From Chrysomallon squamiferum (taxonomy: Eukaryota; Animalia; Mollusca): 64,000 nucleotides of DNA. The position numbers were made by a program, and so were the translations under genes. Positions 28,875 through 42,844 of this stretch are shown piece by piece. Below the pieces are notes generated by a model. That model searched no databases, had not been told where the DNA came from, and was given only the letters and a program-made list of their open reading frames with translations. Location: assembly GCA_012295275.1 (NCBI GenBank), contig CM022673.1:3534001-3598000 (forward strand), written 5' to 3'. Numbering within the stretch: position 1 is the first letter of the stretch; each line of letters begins with the position of its first letter.

Positions 28875-29763
28875 TATCTATCTATCTATATATCTATCTC
28901 TGTCTCTCTCTGTCTCTTTCTCTCTGTCTCTCTCTGTCTCTGTCTCTCTCTCACTGCCGCTCTCAAAACCAAATTTTATTAATTGTACATCTTCAAAATA
29001 GTTCCCTTCTATGCATAAATAAAAACTTAACTAAAAAGCTGATTTTGAAACGAACCCCTAAAAACACTATTTTTGTCAGTAATACATTAAAAACCCAAGC
29101 CAGATTAAAAACAAAAAAACATATTTCTTCTTTAAGTAATCGACTGTACTGAAGACGTTACCTAGATGCAACCATGGCCTATGAATTAAAGAATACATTT
29201 TAAAAGAAAAAGAAGAAAAGTAAACTATCAGTATGCGGGAAATTTCATACGTCTGATGACATTACAACGTTTTAAAAAGATAATTTATTCAATGTTCTTT
29301 TAGAAACTCGATATCCTTTTATTAAAATTTATCTAATATATGTGGACGTTTTTTTTTTCATTCACTTAATACGTTTTTATCCTCAGTACATATCGCTGTC
29401 TGGTCTATGGTTTGTAGCCAATATCAGTTTGAAGATTATAATAGCAATAAAATAGATTGTTATACATCAACAGTGTGAGTAATGGGCTCACCGAAAAAAA
29501 GTGTATTCATTTAAGTTTGTTTTTTTTGTGTTTTTTTCGTTTTTTCGTTGTTGTTTTCTTTTTATTTCTTTACAAAGCAGAATAAAAAATTAAAAATTAA
29601 AAAATTAAATTAAAAAAAAAGTTATTTAGTTAGAAAGATAATATTTTACTGATCACACTCTTCAGTCGTGCTAAAATTATTTCAGCCTTCTGTGAGGCAC
29701 GTGTGTTAAAAGTCCACGCATGTTCTGTGTTGATTATTACAGGACAATGCATAAACATAATTA

Positions 29764-29845
<82 letters not shown>

Positions 29846-30079
29846 CATACTATAGTTTAGTGAATGAATGAAATGATGGACGGACGGTTGGATGGACAGA
29901 TAATCGGATGAATTGATTATTTAAAATGATTTAGTATTCGATGATATTTGAATACAATTTATTTGTGATGTTATTAGTTGTCAAAGTTGTCAAAGTCAAA
30001 GTTGACGGTTTTGGGGCAAGTTGCATAATAATTATATGGAATTGGAAATATGTTACGAGAGAGAGAGGGGGGAGAGAGA

Positions 30080-30159
<80 letters not shown>

Positions 30160-30421
30160 CTTGGATGAACAGATACACAGATTAATAGATAAAGGCTCCA
30201 TAATACTGTTCAGTACAACTTGACATCCAATGTTGTAATTTTAACTGGTCCTTTTTATGTGTTTTTTTTTTTTTTTAATTTTTACAGTTTGCTACACATA
30301 TGTTTATAGTTCAAGCAGTACATTTTGTGAGGTTAAGAGGCCTCCTTTGAATCTTAAAGACATTAAACTAGATACATGTACAATATGCAAACACCTGCGC
30401 TTAAAAAAAAAAAAAAAAAAA

Positions 30422-30472
<51 letters not shown>

Positions 30473-31111
30473 TTAGTAAATTCGGCCCTTGAATTTGGAG
30501 CACTCGGTTCTTTAGGCCTCGTGGTACAGCTTCAGCAGACAGTGGGATTACAAATCATAATATGGCGATTTGTTACGTCAGATTATGAACATGCAAAATA
30601 CCTTAGTTTAAGGACAGATGTTCGTTGTAGGTAATGTCATCGTGACATTTAGTTGTGTGCGTTATCAGCGTGGCTCAACAACACAAAAAAATATTAATTG
30701 CAATTATGCTCACATGCACATGAAAACAAGCTGGTGAAAAAGAACATGTGCTTTCTATGGCATTTCAGTTTTTAAGTTGGAAACGGAGTTCGTATGTACT
30801 TGTAAAGATTGTCAGAATAACAACAAAAAACACAACAAAAAAACCACACAAAAACACCAGCCTAAACATATGGATGTATTGTACAAGATTAAAGGATTAT
30901 TGTGTCGTGCATACAGCCCAACCGGTATTTGGGTATTTTTCAGATTCAGCTTTATGTAGCCCAGAACAGATAAAAAAATATATATATATAAAAAATTAAT
31001 TAAATGTTTTCAAAGCAACTGCTGCCAAATTATGAACTTCATGAACTTCATGAAATTCATAAAGAATTAATAACGCATTTTATATTTTTAGTTGCTATTT
31101 TGCTTTAGTCA

Positions 31112-31146
<35 letters not shown>

Positions 31147-31491
31147 TTAACTTTCATTTTTATTGCTTCTTTATACCTTTATTTCATTTTATTATTACTA
31201 CTACTACTGCTGTGGCTGCTTCCCATGATTATGATATTACATTATTCCCTTTTATTCCGAAACTTCATTCTTTTTTATTTATTTATTTTTTAATTTGTTT
31301 AATTTTTAAAAAAAAATTTTCGGCTTTTAAAATCGTTAACGTTTTTTAGGACTGACTGAACGAACAACTGTTTAATCAAATGTTTCATAACTTTAATTTT
31401 AACCTTTAGCAGGCATTGAACATCGAACGAATGAACGTTTCGGAACAAAAACGAAGTTTGAATTTTAATCTTTTTCTCTCGCTCAAATTAC

Positions 31492-31715
31492 CAGCCGTTC
31501 TGATCATCGACCTGAAGCCAGCGTCCTTCAAACTGCCCCGGGGCACCGATTCAGTAACCTTGACCTTGGCCTTGTGCTAAAATGATGGCCGCTACAAGCA
31601 GCTCGGAGTCACTTGCTGTCACACTTCGCGTCTTGATTTCTGTCGTTGGCGTCGTGCACGGTTACTTTATTCACACACACACACTGCCGTGGAAGCGAAA
31701 CGGGACACATTTATA
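31492..31715 (-). promoter_or_regulatory. Candidate TATA/Inr promoter and first exon on the minus strand
   Basis: TATAAAT at 31715-31709, Inr-like GCAGT with A at 31685 (30 nt downstream), GC-rich leader, CTG/gtaatt donor at 31491. Confidence 0.45.
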
Positions 31716-31937
31716 AAATACGTCAGGTAAAGTCAGCGTTATAAAACCGGGCAGGTAAAGCACACTGCAACGCTAGAGGTAACTTTAGCCCAGTCCATTG
31801 ACATAATACGTGTACTTTCAGGTCTTTCAACACGACATCCCTGTGCAAACATTTAAAAAAAAAAAAAAAAAAAATGTTTTCCTTTTATTAAATCCATGTA
31901 ATTTAATATCAGTAAGATTCGAAACAAAAGACTATAC

Positions 31938-31969
<32 letters not shown>

Positions 31970-32579
31970 ATTAAAAAAAAAAAAAAAAAAAAAAACCCCT
32001 GTCTGTTTCCAAGATGAAACATTGAATAAAAAGAATATTCGTTTTACGACGAGAGAAAAATGCAGGACTAAACAAAAAGAAGTGTATTTATGAGTGAACA
32101 GATGGTCACAGAAATCAAGATGCACAGTTGTTGTTTGGTACAGGTTTTGTTCAAGGTAATGACTATAGATAAAACAAAACAAAATTAATCTTGCATTACA
32201 TTTCTCTGGCGTTTGTTGTCGCCTGACTGTAAGTCAATCGTCACACAAACACAAACACAGGTTTCACATCACAGTTCTTTTTCTCTCTCTTTTTATTATT
32301 AAACAATCCGTTAGCAATTAAAAACGTTTCTACTGTGTAAAATTAGCAAGCCTAGAATGAATAAATAATGGCAACTCTAAAACGATAAATTCTAAAAGAG
32401 GATACCTTTGCCTTCTCTTGAGTTACTTGATTATCAGCGGCAACAGTTTTAACCTATATTACACCAGACAGAAAAATGCGTTTCTCAACAGGTGAATAGC
32501 CATTAGTTGGAGTATTAGTTGGAGCATTAGTTGGAACAGGAAATAATGATAAAATCTTTTAATGAATATATATATATAT

Positions 32580-32681
<102 letters not shown>

Positions 32682-33162
32682 TATATATATAAAAACATAG
32701 CACGGTCCTTTAACAAAATGGTTCATTCATTCATTTTGAATACAGAATAATCTTCCTTTTTTTATAATAATAATAATTTTATTCTACCTTTCTCTCTTCC
32801 ATTCTTTTCCCTGCCTCTCTATTCACTAGTACCTTCCATTTTACCTTTCCCTTTTCTTACCCCTACCTAGTTTTCTACGTCAACCCCCCCCCCATCCTCT
32901 AACCCTTGTAAATGCGTGCACGAATTCCTTCTTCTTTTTTCTTGTTTAACTATTCCGGCCAGAACGGTGCCCAGTTTATTTATGAAACGTATATATATAT
33001 ATTTACAAAATAACCGGTTCTCGCTGAACTGAACTTGTAAATGCGGAATATATTTTGTTCAGCGTGTGTGTGTTTGTATTTTTGTTTGCTGTTGAATGCA
33101 AAAGTTCTTGTGTGTATTTTAATTATTTAATTATAATAATAAAGATATTTAATTTTTAATAT

Positions 33163-33196
<34 letters not shown>

Positions 33197-34203
33197 GATA
33201 TTACGTTTTGCCTCATGCATGAAACATAAACAGTCTACAAGTTGTTTACGAAATTACCGACATTGGTTCTGTGATTGCGCAAGTGATGTACTCTGGCGAT
33301 TAGAAAATCTAAACTCTTAGGTCCTTTACTTATTAATCTGTCTTCTCAGTGTTATTGACATGCGGTTCTTTCACATTAGTCATGTTCTGACGCAAGTCAC
33401 GTAACAGATTTTGTCCTTTGCTTCGTAGTGTACGTCTTGTCAATGTTGAACGTTACCCAATAGCACATGTTACAGATTAACCTTCCCAGACATTGGTTTA
33501 TCTGCCTGCTTCACGTAATATTCACACCGACTGTTTTATTTATTTTTTAATATAATATATCAACCTCTCCTCTGATGTCTGAAAACAAAAATAATCTTTA
33601 ACAAGGAGGGATTACAAGATAATGATAATTAACAGTAATCTATGTAGATCTGTTTCACATTATTGCTTAATTGTAATTGCAAGCCATGCACAGATGGATA
33701 GATAACTGCATGTTCCGTGTACTGTGAACGAATATAAAAGTTCGTTGAACTTAGTTATGTTGAGGAACAGGCTGAAGGCTATATTCTGATTATCTAAAGG
33801 TCTGCGAATTTTTCAAGAATAAAGCATAGCAATATGGAATATTATGTTATATGTTAATGTGATGAAATGGTAAATACCAGTAAATGCAAATAGGAATCCT
33901 GTTTACTGCGCTGATACACAAACAAACGCATAAACACATATACATACTTAAGTACTTGTATAATATACACGTACGAATGCCTACATACATACATACATCC
34001 GTTCACACATGCATATACATGTATATACGTAGAAATGAACCAAGTCTTTATGAAAAACACTCCATGTTTATATTATGTAAATCATCATCACTTTTTTTTT
34101 TTTTTTTTTTAGGAGAATTGGTGATAGTGGATATGTTTAATCTTCTTAATAGCTCAGACAGGTTAAATTCTAAAAAAAACACTATCTTTTTATCTGTCTA
34201 TAA

Positions 34204-34287
<84 letters not shown>

Positions 34288-35011
34288 CCTCTGATTCTAT
34301 CTCTCTATGCTTCCTTTTCTCTGTCTTTCTCTCTCACCCTGTCACTCTATTTCCGTACTCTCTATATCTGACCTGTTATTATTTCTGTTTTTTCATACCA
34401 TCTGTCTGTCTGTGCATCTTTCTTGTCTGGCAAGCATCTGCTACTTCTTTTTTTTTTTTTATCCTTTCCTTAGTGAAAAGAAAATATGTCTCTATCTCCA
34501 GTGCTTACGAACTTATATGTCAAGAAGCCGGATCTCAGTCTAATTCACAAGCTGTTGAAAGGTTCGTAAAATTCGTTATATGACCATGTGAGTATGTTAA
34601 TTTTTATATTTAATGACTCGTGAATACAAAACGATGCTTCAGCGCAAGATTAAGATTTAGATACGCCAGTGTTTAAGACATACACCTGCAGAAATAAACT
34701 GTCTGGATTCGCTCTTACTGACTAATCGTTATATACGTTTACAAGTGAACACCGAGGTGTGAACGATTTCGTGAGTATTTTATGTCTGGCTTGAATTCAG
34801 CTGCATTCCTTTGTGCCTAAAGCCGACACTGAAGAAATAATAGACTTTCTGTGTGTCTGTGTGTCTGGTGAGTACGTGTACAGGTGGTCCGCTCAGTTAA
34901 TTCGTTCCGTGCAGATCGGAGAGAAAGAAAGAAAGAAAGAAAATGATAAAGTTAAACTTACAGAAAGTGAAAAACAGCATATGTGTACATAGACACACAC
35001 ACACACAAAAA

Positions 35012-35101
<90 letters not shown>

Positions 35102-36599
35102 TAAGAAGAGAAAGAGAAAAACAGTGTGCCACTCTAGTTCAAAACTTTCCCACAGTGAGACATTAAATAAAATATTTCATTATTCATTCTTCTTTGACAA
35201 CACCATAACAACGACTACAATGAGAGAGAAAACCCGCTGTCACACTTCGTGACTGATTTTTAGTTTTTCACACACAAACTAAAACACATTCCACTTTCTT
35301 TCACAATCTACTTGCTGGAACCGAAAATAATCAAACTGGCGACCTTACGTCGTTTGATCTCACAACCGACCGAAACTTTTTCTTGAGCTCTAAGACCCGC
35401 TTTAGAATTCCGTTAATCTCTTTCTGCAGCATGCATTGGTTTAATTGTAATCAGCTCTAAGGAAGATATGTATCATACACTTCCATACGTTCAGAGAGAG
35501 AGAGAGCAAGCATGCAGAGACGTAGAAGACTCTTTGCGTAAGTTAACTTTTAGACACATTACTGTGTTATCTGCGTACTGTGATCAGACTGTTTGAAAAG
35601 CTATAATTATACGGTGGATGCGAACGCCTCAGTGATGGAAAGATAACGCCAGTTTATAAAGAGGAAAAAAAGAAAAGAAAAAAGGAAGACAGAAAAAAGA
35701 ACAGTCCTTCAAAAAAAATCTGCAAATTAAAAAAAGATGTTTAAAATTATGACAGAACAAAAAAAAAAAAAAAAAGTGGGGAATAAAGCAGAGAAAAGAA
35801 TTTATGAAGTAGAATAAATATGAACATTATATGGAAAAAAATAGATTTGGTTTTTTTTCTTCTTTCTTTTTTTCTTTCTTCTTTTTTATTTTCTGTTATA
35901 TTATAATTTGTCATTCTTATATTATTGTTATTATTATTATTATCTTTATTATTATTATTATTATCTTTATTATTATTATCTTTATTATTATCTTTATTTT
36001 TATCTTTATTATTATCTTTATTATTATTATTATACTACTACTGCGCTGGGGGTTTTCGAACTTTGCTCTCAAACTGTGGATGACTTGCCAGTGACAGCGA
36101 GTACGTATTTACTTATATGTATTTTATCACAAGTACATTCAGACTGGCTTCGTATTCAGTATATAGGACAAAGTGTATCTCTTAATCGACAGTCATGTCT
36201 GTAATTTTAGTATTCATTTACTTTCTCGTCTCACTTTATTAGTACATAAAGAAATAAAACAGCAGTATTAACTCAAACATTATTTATTTCTCAGTTTTTT
36301 GTTTCTCTCTCTCTCTCCCTCTCTCACCCATTCTCTCTCTCTATCTATCTCTATCTATCTCTCTCCCGCTATCTATCTATCTATCTATTTATCTGCAGTA
36401 CTTTTATTTTATCTCAATAGTCAAACGTTTATCAGATCATAAAAAAAAAAAGAGATTACGGTGTTTTTTTTCTCTTTTTTTTTCTGTTTTCCAAAAACAG
36501 CTGCCAAGTCACTATGATTTGACGCTTTTTTGTTCTATTTTTTGTTTGTTGTTGTTACCTCCATTCTTCTACTTCCATAATACCTGTATATTTAATACT

Positions 36600-37395
36600 G
36601 GGCAGTTCGCGTGTACTTTAGCAGCATGACCCGAGGTAATGAAAAAAAAAAAAGGGGGTCAAGTTTCTCGTAGAACGGCACGGTTTCTGGTCGTTTCTTC
36701 CATTGACAAGTGCGACATCGTGTGCGCAAAGTCACGAAGCCGAGCGATTACGAAAGAAAAGAAATGTCTGGCTTGTTTGTTTGTTTTTCGTTTCGGCGGT
36801 TCAGTACCCTGTCATCATTGCCGGCGTTGGCCACACGTAACCCGTATCAGGCTGCGTCGCTGTCCTGTAGGTGTGTACGTTCTCACGACCGCGCTAGTCA
36901 GCCAATCCTTCGTTTCAGATAGCGGTCAAAAACTTCGCCTCGATTCGTGACCCTCCGTAAAAACAAGACACGTTTTCGGGCTATTTTTGAACCGGGTGAA
37001 ATCAGCTGGGTGGGCACAGACTGCGTACTCATTCTCGTGACCGTCAGACTGAAGGAAAAAAAAATAATAATACATTTTTGTTTTCTGAGTAAACAACAAT
37101 TTTAACAAGTTCTCTGTGTTTGGTTACAGTTTCTAACCCGAAGTGAACCTCTGCGGTTCGCCGGGGTATTATCTGTTACTGCCCCATACAAGAGGCAGAC
37201 AGACATAAATCAAGAAATTAGTGACCCGCTATAAAAGTCTCATTTCTGTGTTTTGTTGTTTGCTCACCCGAGCGTTCTAATCACTGTGTCGTCGTACCGA
37301 CATTTCTTACTGTCCGTTTAGTGGAACGAACGAGTCGCAGACGTCGTATTTTAAAATTATCAACAGTACAAAGGCTGCTGTCTACATAAGTAAGT
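36600..37395 (+). promoter_or_regulatory. CpG-rich island with candidate TATA promoter and ATG-free first exon on the plus strand
   Basis: CCAAT at 36902, TATAAAA at 37230-37236, GTAAGT donor at 37390, candidate acceptor tttatttcag ending at 37765. Confidence 0.4.
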
Positions 37396-37492
37396 TCACA
37401 CATCTACCCAATAAACGTTAGTTCAATAAAACAAAATGTTTGGGAGGGTATTTTTTCTTTCTTTCTTTTTGGTGTTGTTTTTGTTGTTTCTT

Positions 37493-37560
<68 letters not shown>

Positions 37561-38323
37561 AAGTCCATCCCTCCCTCTCTCTGTATGTTTGTATGTCTGT
37601 CTTACTCTCGATCACTATAATATTATGTCTGTTTCATTTTGATTTTTCTAATTCTCTTACTCTTTCTCTCTTTCTCTTTCTCTCCATCATTCTTTCTGTC
37701 TCTCGCTATCTCTCTCACTACATCTCTGCTTTTCTAACACTGCAGTTTATTTCTCTTTATTTCAGAGCCTAACAAGATAAACTATTTAAATAAACAAACT
37801 TATACAATTACCTGCCCCTTTCCATCTAAATGCAGTAAATCATCCTAGACAATTTACCAACTTAACAGATTTTCCTTATAGACTAAACCCTATAACCACA
37901 GAAGTACTATTTCATCTACGTGGTACGTGAGCACTGAATGTGATATTGCTGACCTGTCTTGCAGTACAAAAAGATTAGAAATGTATTTCGTCATGAAGAG
38001 TATTAGGGAGGTAACTCTAAACAGCTTTCAGTCACAAAACACTCAGTTTCAAAACCTTTGAGATAAAAATACTCATAATGACGAGTAATTTACGCGAATA
38101 ATTAAACTTCGAGGGTCACATACAGTAATAGTGCTTGGCGTGCGAATTTTTTTTTTTTTTTTTTTCGTATCGACTGATCTGTTACCAGTTGTCGTTACTT
38201 CTCTACCCGCGACTTGATACAATAGCGTGAATTAGCATAATATCTTTTACAGAAATTCCATACGCAGATACTAGGGGGTGCACCCAGTGTCCTCACCCAT
38301 TCACACCTATTTTTAACCGACTG

Positions 38324-38364
<41 letters not shown>

Positions 38365-38464
38365 GTGTTGGGGTTTTGTATCATTTTTGAAAGTGGGGTG
38401 TTTTTGTTTGTTTGTTTTGTTTGAGGATTTCTTTTCCAAAACATCATCTTGCAAATTATATACA

Positions 38465-38520
<56 letters not shown>

Positions 38521-38884
38521 ATTATAATAGAACATACAGTTTTGTTTGGCAGGGGACTGGTTGTTTATTTATTTTGTTTGTTTTTAATTTGGATCTTTCT
38601 TTTTTTTTTGTTGTTTTTTGGATTTTGTTATTTATTTATTTATTTACTTATTTGGCTGAGTTGTTTTGTTGTTGTTTATGTGTATAGATAATCATGGATA
38701 CCCTCCTTAAATCCACCATTAAATAATTCACGTTTTTCTTCTTCTTCATTTTTTCTTCCTGTTTTTTTTTTTTTTTTTTTTTTTTTGAAGGTGACTTAAA
38801 ATTAAACTTAGGTAATAAATACGTAGCATAAATCGTGAGAAACTACACACAACAGTCGTTTTCGCAAATTTATATTTATTTTTA

Positions 38885-39400
38885 TGTACACTATCACCGT
38901 GACCCACGCATTACGTAATATATACACAGTATACTCTCTGTCAAGTACACTATGAACTGAATAATGTATAGTCTACACCGTGTTCCTTATGTGATGTACA
39001 GTATTCATAGTATACCTCACACGACGTACAGTATACAGTGTGTATCCTCTGTGACGTAGTAAACCTTTTGTACGCTATGTGACGTACAGTATACACGCTT
39101 TAGAATACGGTATGTACCTCCTATGCTGTACAGTATAAACTGTGTACTCTTAGGATGTACGATTCATTCTGTTCATCCCATAATTATGATGCGCAGTATA
39201 CCTTATGAACACCCATATGATGTACATTATACACTTGTACATGTGATACACACTGTGCCCATATAATGGCTAATATATGCACAGTGTATTCCTACATTTG
39301 ATACACTCTGTACTTCATATTTTCTACAGCATGAACACTATATTTCATTATGACATTAAAAAGACTGTGTCCCATACGACACGTGAAAAACACTCTGTCA
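38885..39400. repeat. Highly diverged minisatellite with a unit of about 27-30 bp
   Basis: Recurrent gtacagtatacac...tgtgac / tgatgtac motif. Confidence 0.6.
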
Positions 39401-39754
39401 CCATAATACGCAATGTTTCCCACGTTTTCTTCTAACCATAGCTTTGTCAAAATCGATTAATCTGTTAACACACAAATGTGACGCCCATGTATTCCCATTA
39501 AGCATTCTTGAATGTTAATTTAAAGCGAATGGGTGAAAAAAAGGAACATTCATTTTATGACAGATCGACATGGGTTCAATGCCTACAGCTGAAAGGTGTC
39601 AGACTTAATGCAAAGATAAAGATGATATACATCGTCACTGATGTGTTAACAAATTAAGTTAATTTTTTTTTTTTTTTTATTTTACGTTTTTTATGCTCTT
39701 AATAGACATACAAGAGTGAAAGTCAGAGAGAAAAGAGAGACGAATGTATGTTTA

Positions 39755-39762
<8 letters not shown>

Positions 39763-39792
<30 letters not shown>

Positions 39793-39854
39793 TGTATGTA
39801 TGTATTTATGTATGTATGTATGTATGTATGTATTTATGTATGTATGTATGTTTA

Positions 39855-39889
<35 letters not shown>

Positions 39890-40020
39890 TGTATGTATGT
39901 ATGTATGTATGTATGTATGTATGTATGTATGTATGTATGTATGTATGTATGTATGTATGTTTAATTATGTATGTATGTATGTATGTATATATGTATGTAC
40001 GTATGTATGTATGTGTGTAT
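39763..40020. repeat. (TATG)n microsatellite
   Basis: Direct reading. Confidence 0.95.
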
Positions 40021-40244
40021 GTAGGTTTGTGCGTGCGTATGTAGGTTTTTGTGAATGTATATGTGTATATATGTATGTAGGTTTGGGTGGATGGATGTAT
40101 GTGTGCCTGTAAGTATGTATGCATGTAAGTATGTATATGTATGTGTACGTGGGTGTGTGTGTGTGTGTGTGTGTGTATATAAAGAGAGAGAAAGAGAGAT
40201 TGTCTGATAATAATAATAATAATAACAACAATAATAATAATAAT

Positions 40245-40381
40245 AATGAAAGACAATGAATGAAACATGCATTATTTGTAGTCTTTATTAACACAAATTT
40301 GTGTTCTTCACAATTTCACATCCTCCACGTACATCAAAAAAAATAATAACGAAAAAATATATATATAATAATAAATAATTT
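40245..40381 (+). repeat. Dispersed repeat copy A (inverted relative to 52051-52183)
   Basis: About 135 bp near-identical to the reverse complement of 52051-52183. Confidence 0.88.
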
Positions 40382-41459
40382 AATAAAAAACATGTTCCCA
40401 GATACTTCAGCACTAAATTACAGTGTATAATATATAATATTATTACCACATGATGTGAAAATAACCTACCAGTGTTTGTGCACTGTGCCTTTACTGAGAC
40501 AGTCTTGAATCATATTATGGACCCCCTGGATATGTTAAGAAAACCAGAATAAATTTAAATACATAAGTATGCTTCAATAAACGTGTTGTTATCCTGATTC
40601 ATAACCATTTTTCAATTCTTACTGCATAAAGTAAAGAAATGGTATGTTTTTATTTATTTAAAAAAAAAAAAAAAAAAAAAACATTATAATAAAGAATAAA
40701 AATTCTCGTTTTCTTTTCTTCCTTATTTTTAAATTTTTTATTTTTTTTTTAATTTCTTCTTTGTTATATTTTTTCATACTTGCTGTTCTTCTTCATTTTT
40801 TTTATTTTTTATTTTTATTTTTTAACTCGACATCGTCTTGCATTTAATGGATTTTCTTTTTTTATATATATATATTTCCCTTTAATACATTTTTTTAATA
40901 AACTGTCGCCATTCTTATATCTAACTTACTCACTGGCGACTGAAATTACGACTTAAGTACAAGCTTTGGCGTCGTTATTATTCCTAAAAGAAAAAAAAGA
41001 TTGTGTTTCTAGTAATGTTTTATCTGCTAAAAGCAATTACGATGTTGAGAACGACGATGATGATGTTAATAACGAGAACAACGGCAATGGCATCATAAAA
41101 ATGACAACAATTTCGGCGACCATGTTGCTAATAACTATCACTGAGTAATTTATTTTATCAGAATTTTTATTTTTAATTTTTTTTTTTTTTTTTAATTTTC
41201 ACTTTGATTTAAAAAGTCTGGTTTATGTTAAGTGTTGGAGTTTTAAATATTATTAATTAAATTGATTCTTTTTCTTGCTTCTTTATCTTTATCTCTCTTC
41301 CTGTTCATTTTTCTCTTCTTTTTCTTTTAAATTTTACAAAAAATCAATTCATAAATAAAATAAGAATAAGAAGTTGTGTTTAGATGTCAGAGATGTGAGC
41401 ATGTGAAGAAGGACGCCAGAAAGTGTTTGCATGAGTGAGCGAGTGAATGTGTGAGTGAA

Positions 41460-41848
41460 TGAATGAATAAGTGTGTGAGTGTTGGCGTGTGTGGGTGAGT
41501 TAATGAGTAAATGAATGAATAAGTGGGTGAGTGTTGGCGTGTGTGGGTGAGTTAATGAGTAAATGAATGAATAAGTGGGTGAGTGTTGGCGTGTGTGTGG
41601 GTGAGTTAATGAGTAAATGAATGAATAAGTGGGTGAGTGTTGGCGTGTGTGGGTGAGTTAATGAGTAAATGAATGAATAAGTGGGTGAGTGTTGGCGTGT
41701 GTGGGTGAGTTAATGAGTAAATGAATGAATAAGTGGGTGAGTGTTGGCGTGTGTGGGTGAGTTAATGAGTAAATGAATGAATAAGTGGGTGAGTGTTGGC
41801 GTGTGTGGGTGAGTTAATGAGTAAATGAATGAATAAGTGGGTGAGTGT
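41460..41848. repeat. 52-bp near-perfect minisatellite, about 7 copies, inside a GAGT/GAAT-rich tract
   Basis: Unit gaatgaataagtgggtgagtgttggcgtgtgtgggtgagttaatgagtaaat. Confidence 0.93.
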
Positions 41849-42153
41849 ATGCTTGAATGAGGAAGTGAATGGCGTGAATGAATAAGTGTGTGAATGTGTG
41901 CGTGAGTGAGTGAGTGAGTGAATGTATGATTGAACGAATGAATAAATGTGTGAAACTGTGCTTGAGTGAGTGTTTGAGTTAATGAGTGAGTAAGAGAGGG
42001 AATTAATGAGCATGTGAGTGAATGAATAAGTGTGTGCGTATGCGTGAGTGTATGAGTGACTGAGTAAGTGTGTGAGTTAGAATATATGAGTAAGTAAATG
42101 AATCAGTGAGTATGAAACTAAGAGAGAGAGGGAGAAAGAAAGAGAGAGAGAGG

Positions 42154-42244
<91 letters not shown>

Positions 42245-42764
42245 TATAAAAAAGTGGCGCTATAATGTAAATTGATAACAGTCTAACAGCAACTCTCCAT
42301 CTTCTTAGACAAAAAAAATTCCTTTACTAAGACTACCTTCTGATTGACTTTTATCCTGCTCTTCATCTTTCCCAAGTGATCCCTCACACATACCAAGTGT
42401 GAGAGAATAATCAGACAACTAATTTGCCAATGTAATCATTTCAAATTATTTCTTGTGTAGTTTCACTCAAGATTTATTAGCTTGGCAACAGCACGTAATG
42501 AAAAAAAAAATGTAAAAAAAAAATGCTGGGTTTTAACGATGCGTTCAAAACGTATTTAACCACACAAACCGAAAAAGAGGAAACCCGTTGCTGTTGAAGT
42601 TATTGTTTTGGGGTAGTGGCTCTTTTACTGTTCTGTTCTTCTTGTTGTTGGCTTTTATTATTTTATTTAATTTAATTTAATTTAATTTTATTTTATTTTA
42701 TTTTATTTTATTTTATTTTATTTTATTTTATTTTATTCATTTATTTATTTATTTATTTATTTAT

Positions 42765-42844
<80 letters not shown>

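Noticed and set aside
34502-34587. Plus-strand exon-like segment (ctccag ... gtgagt)
   Set aside because: Stops in all frames before the donor and no partner exons found.
36639-36950. 103-aa basic, Cys-containing ORF in the CpG island
   Set aside because: Starts in a poly-A run, has no homology I recognise, and is expected by chance in GC-richer DNA.
38262-38720. Possible decayed element with GGATC/GATCC-type ends (similar pieces near 12595 and 40520)
   Set aside because: Ends are too degenerate to define TIRs or a target-site duplication.
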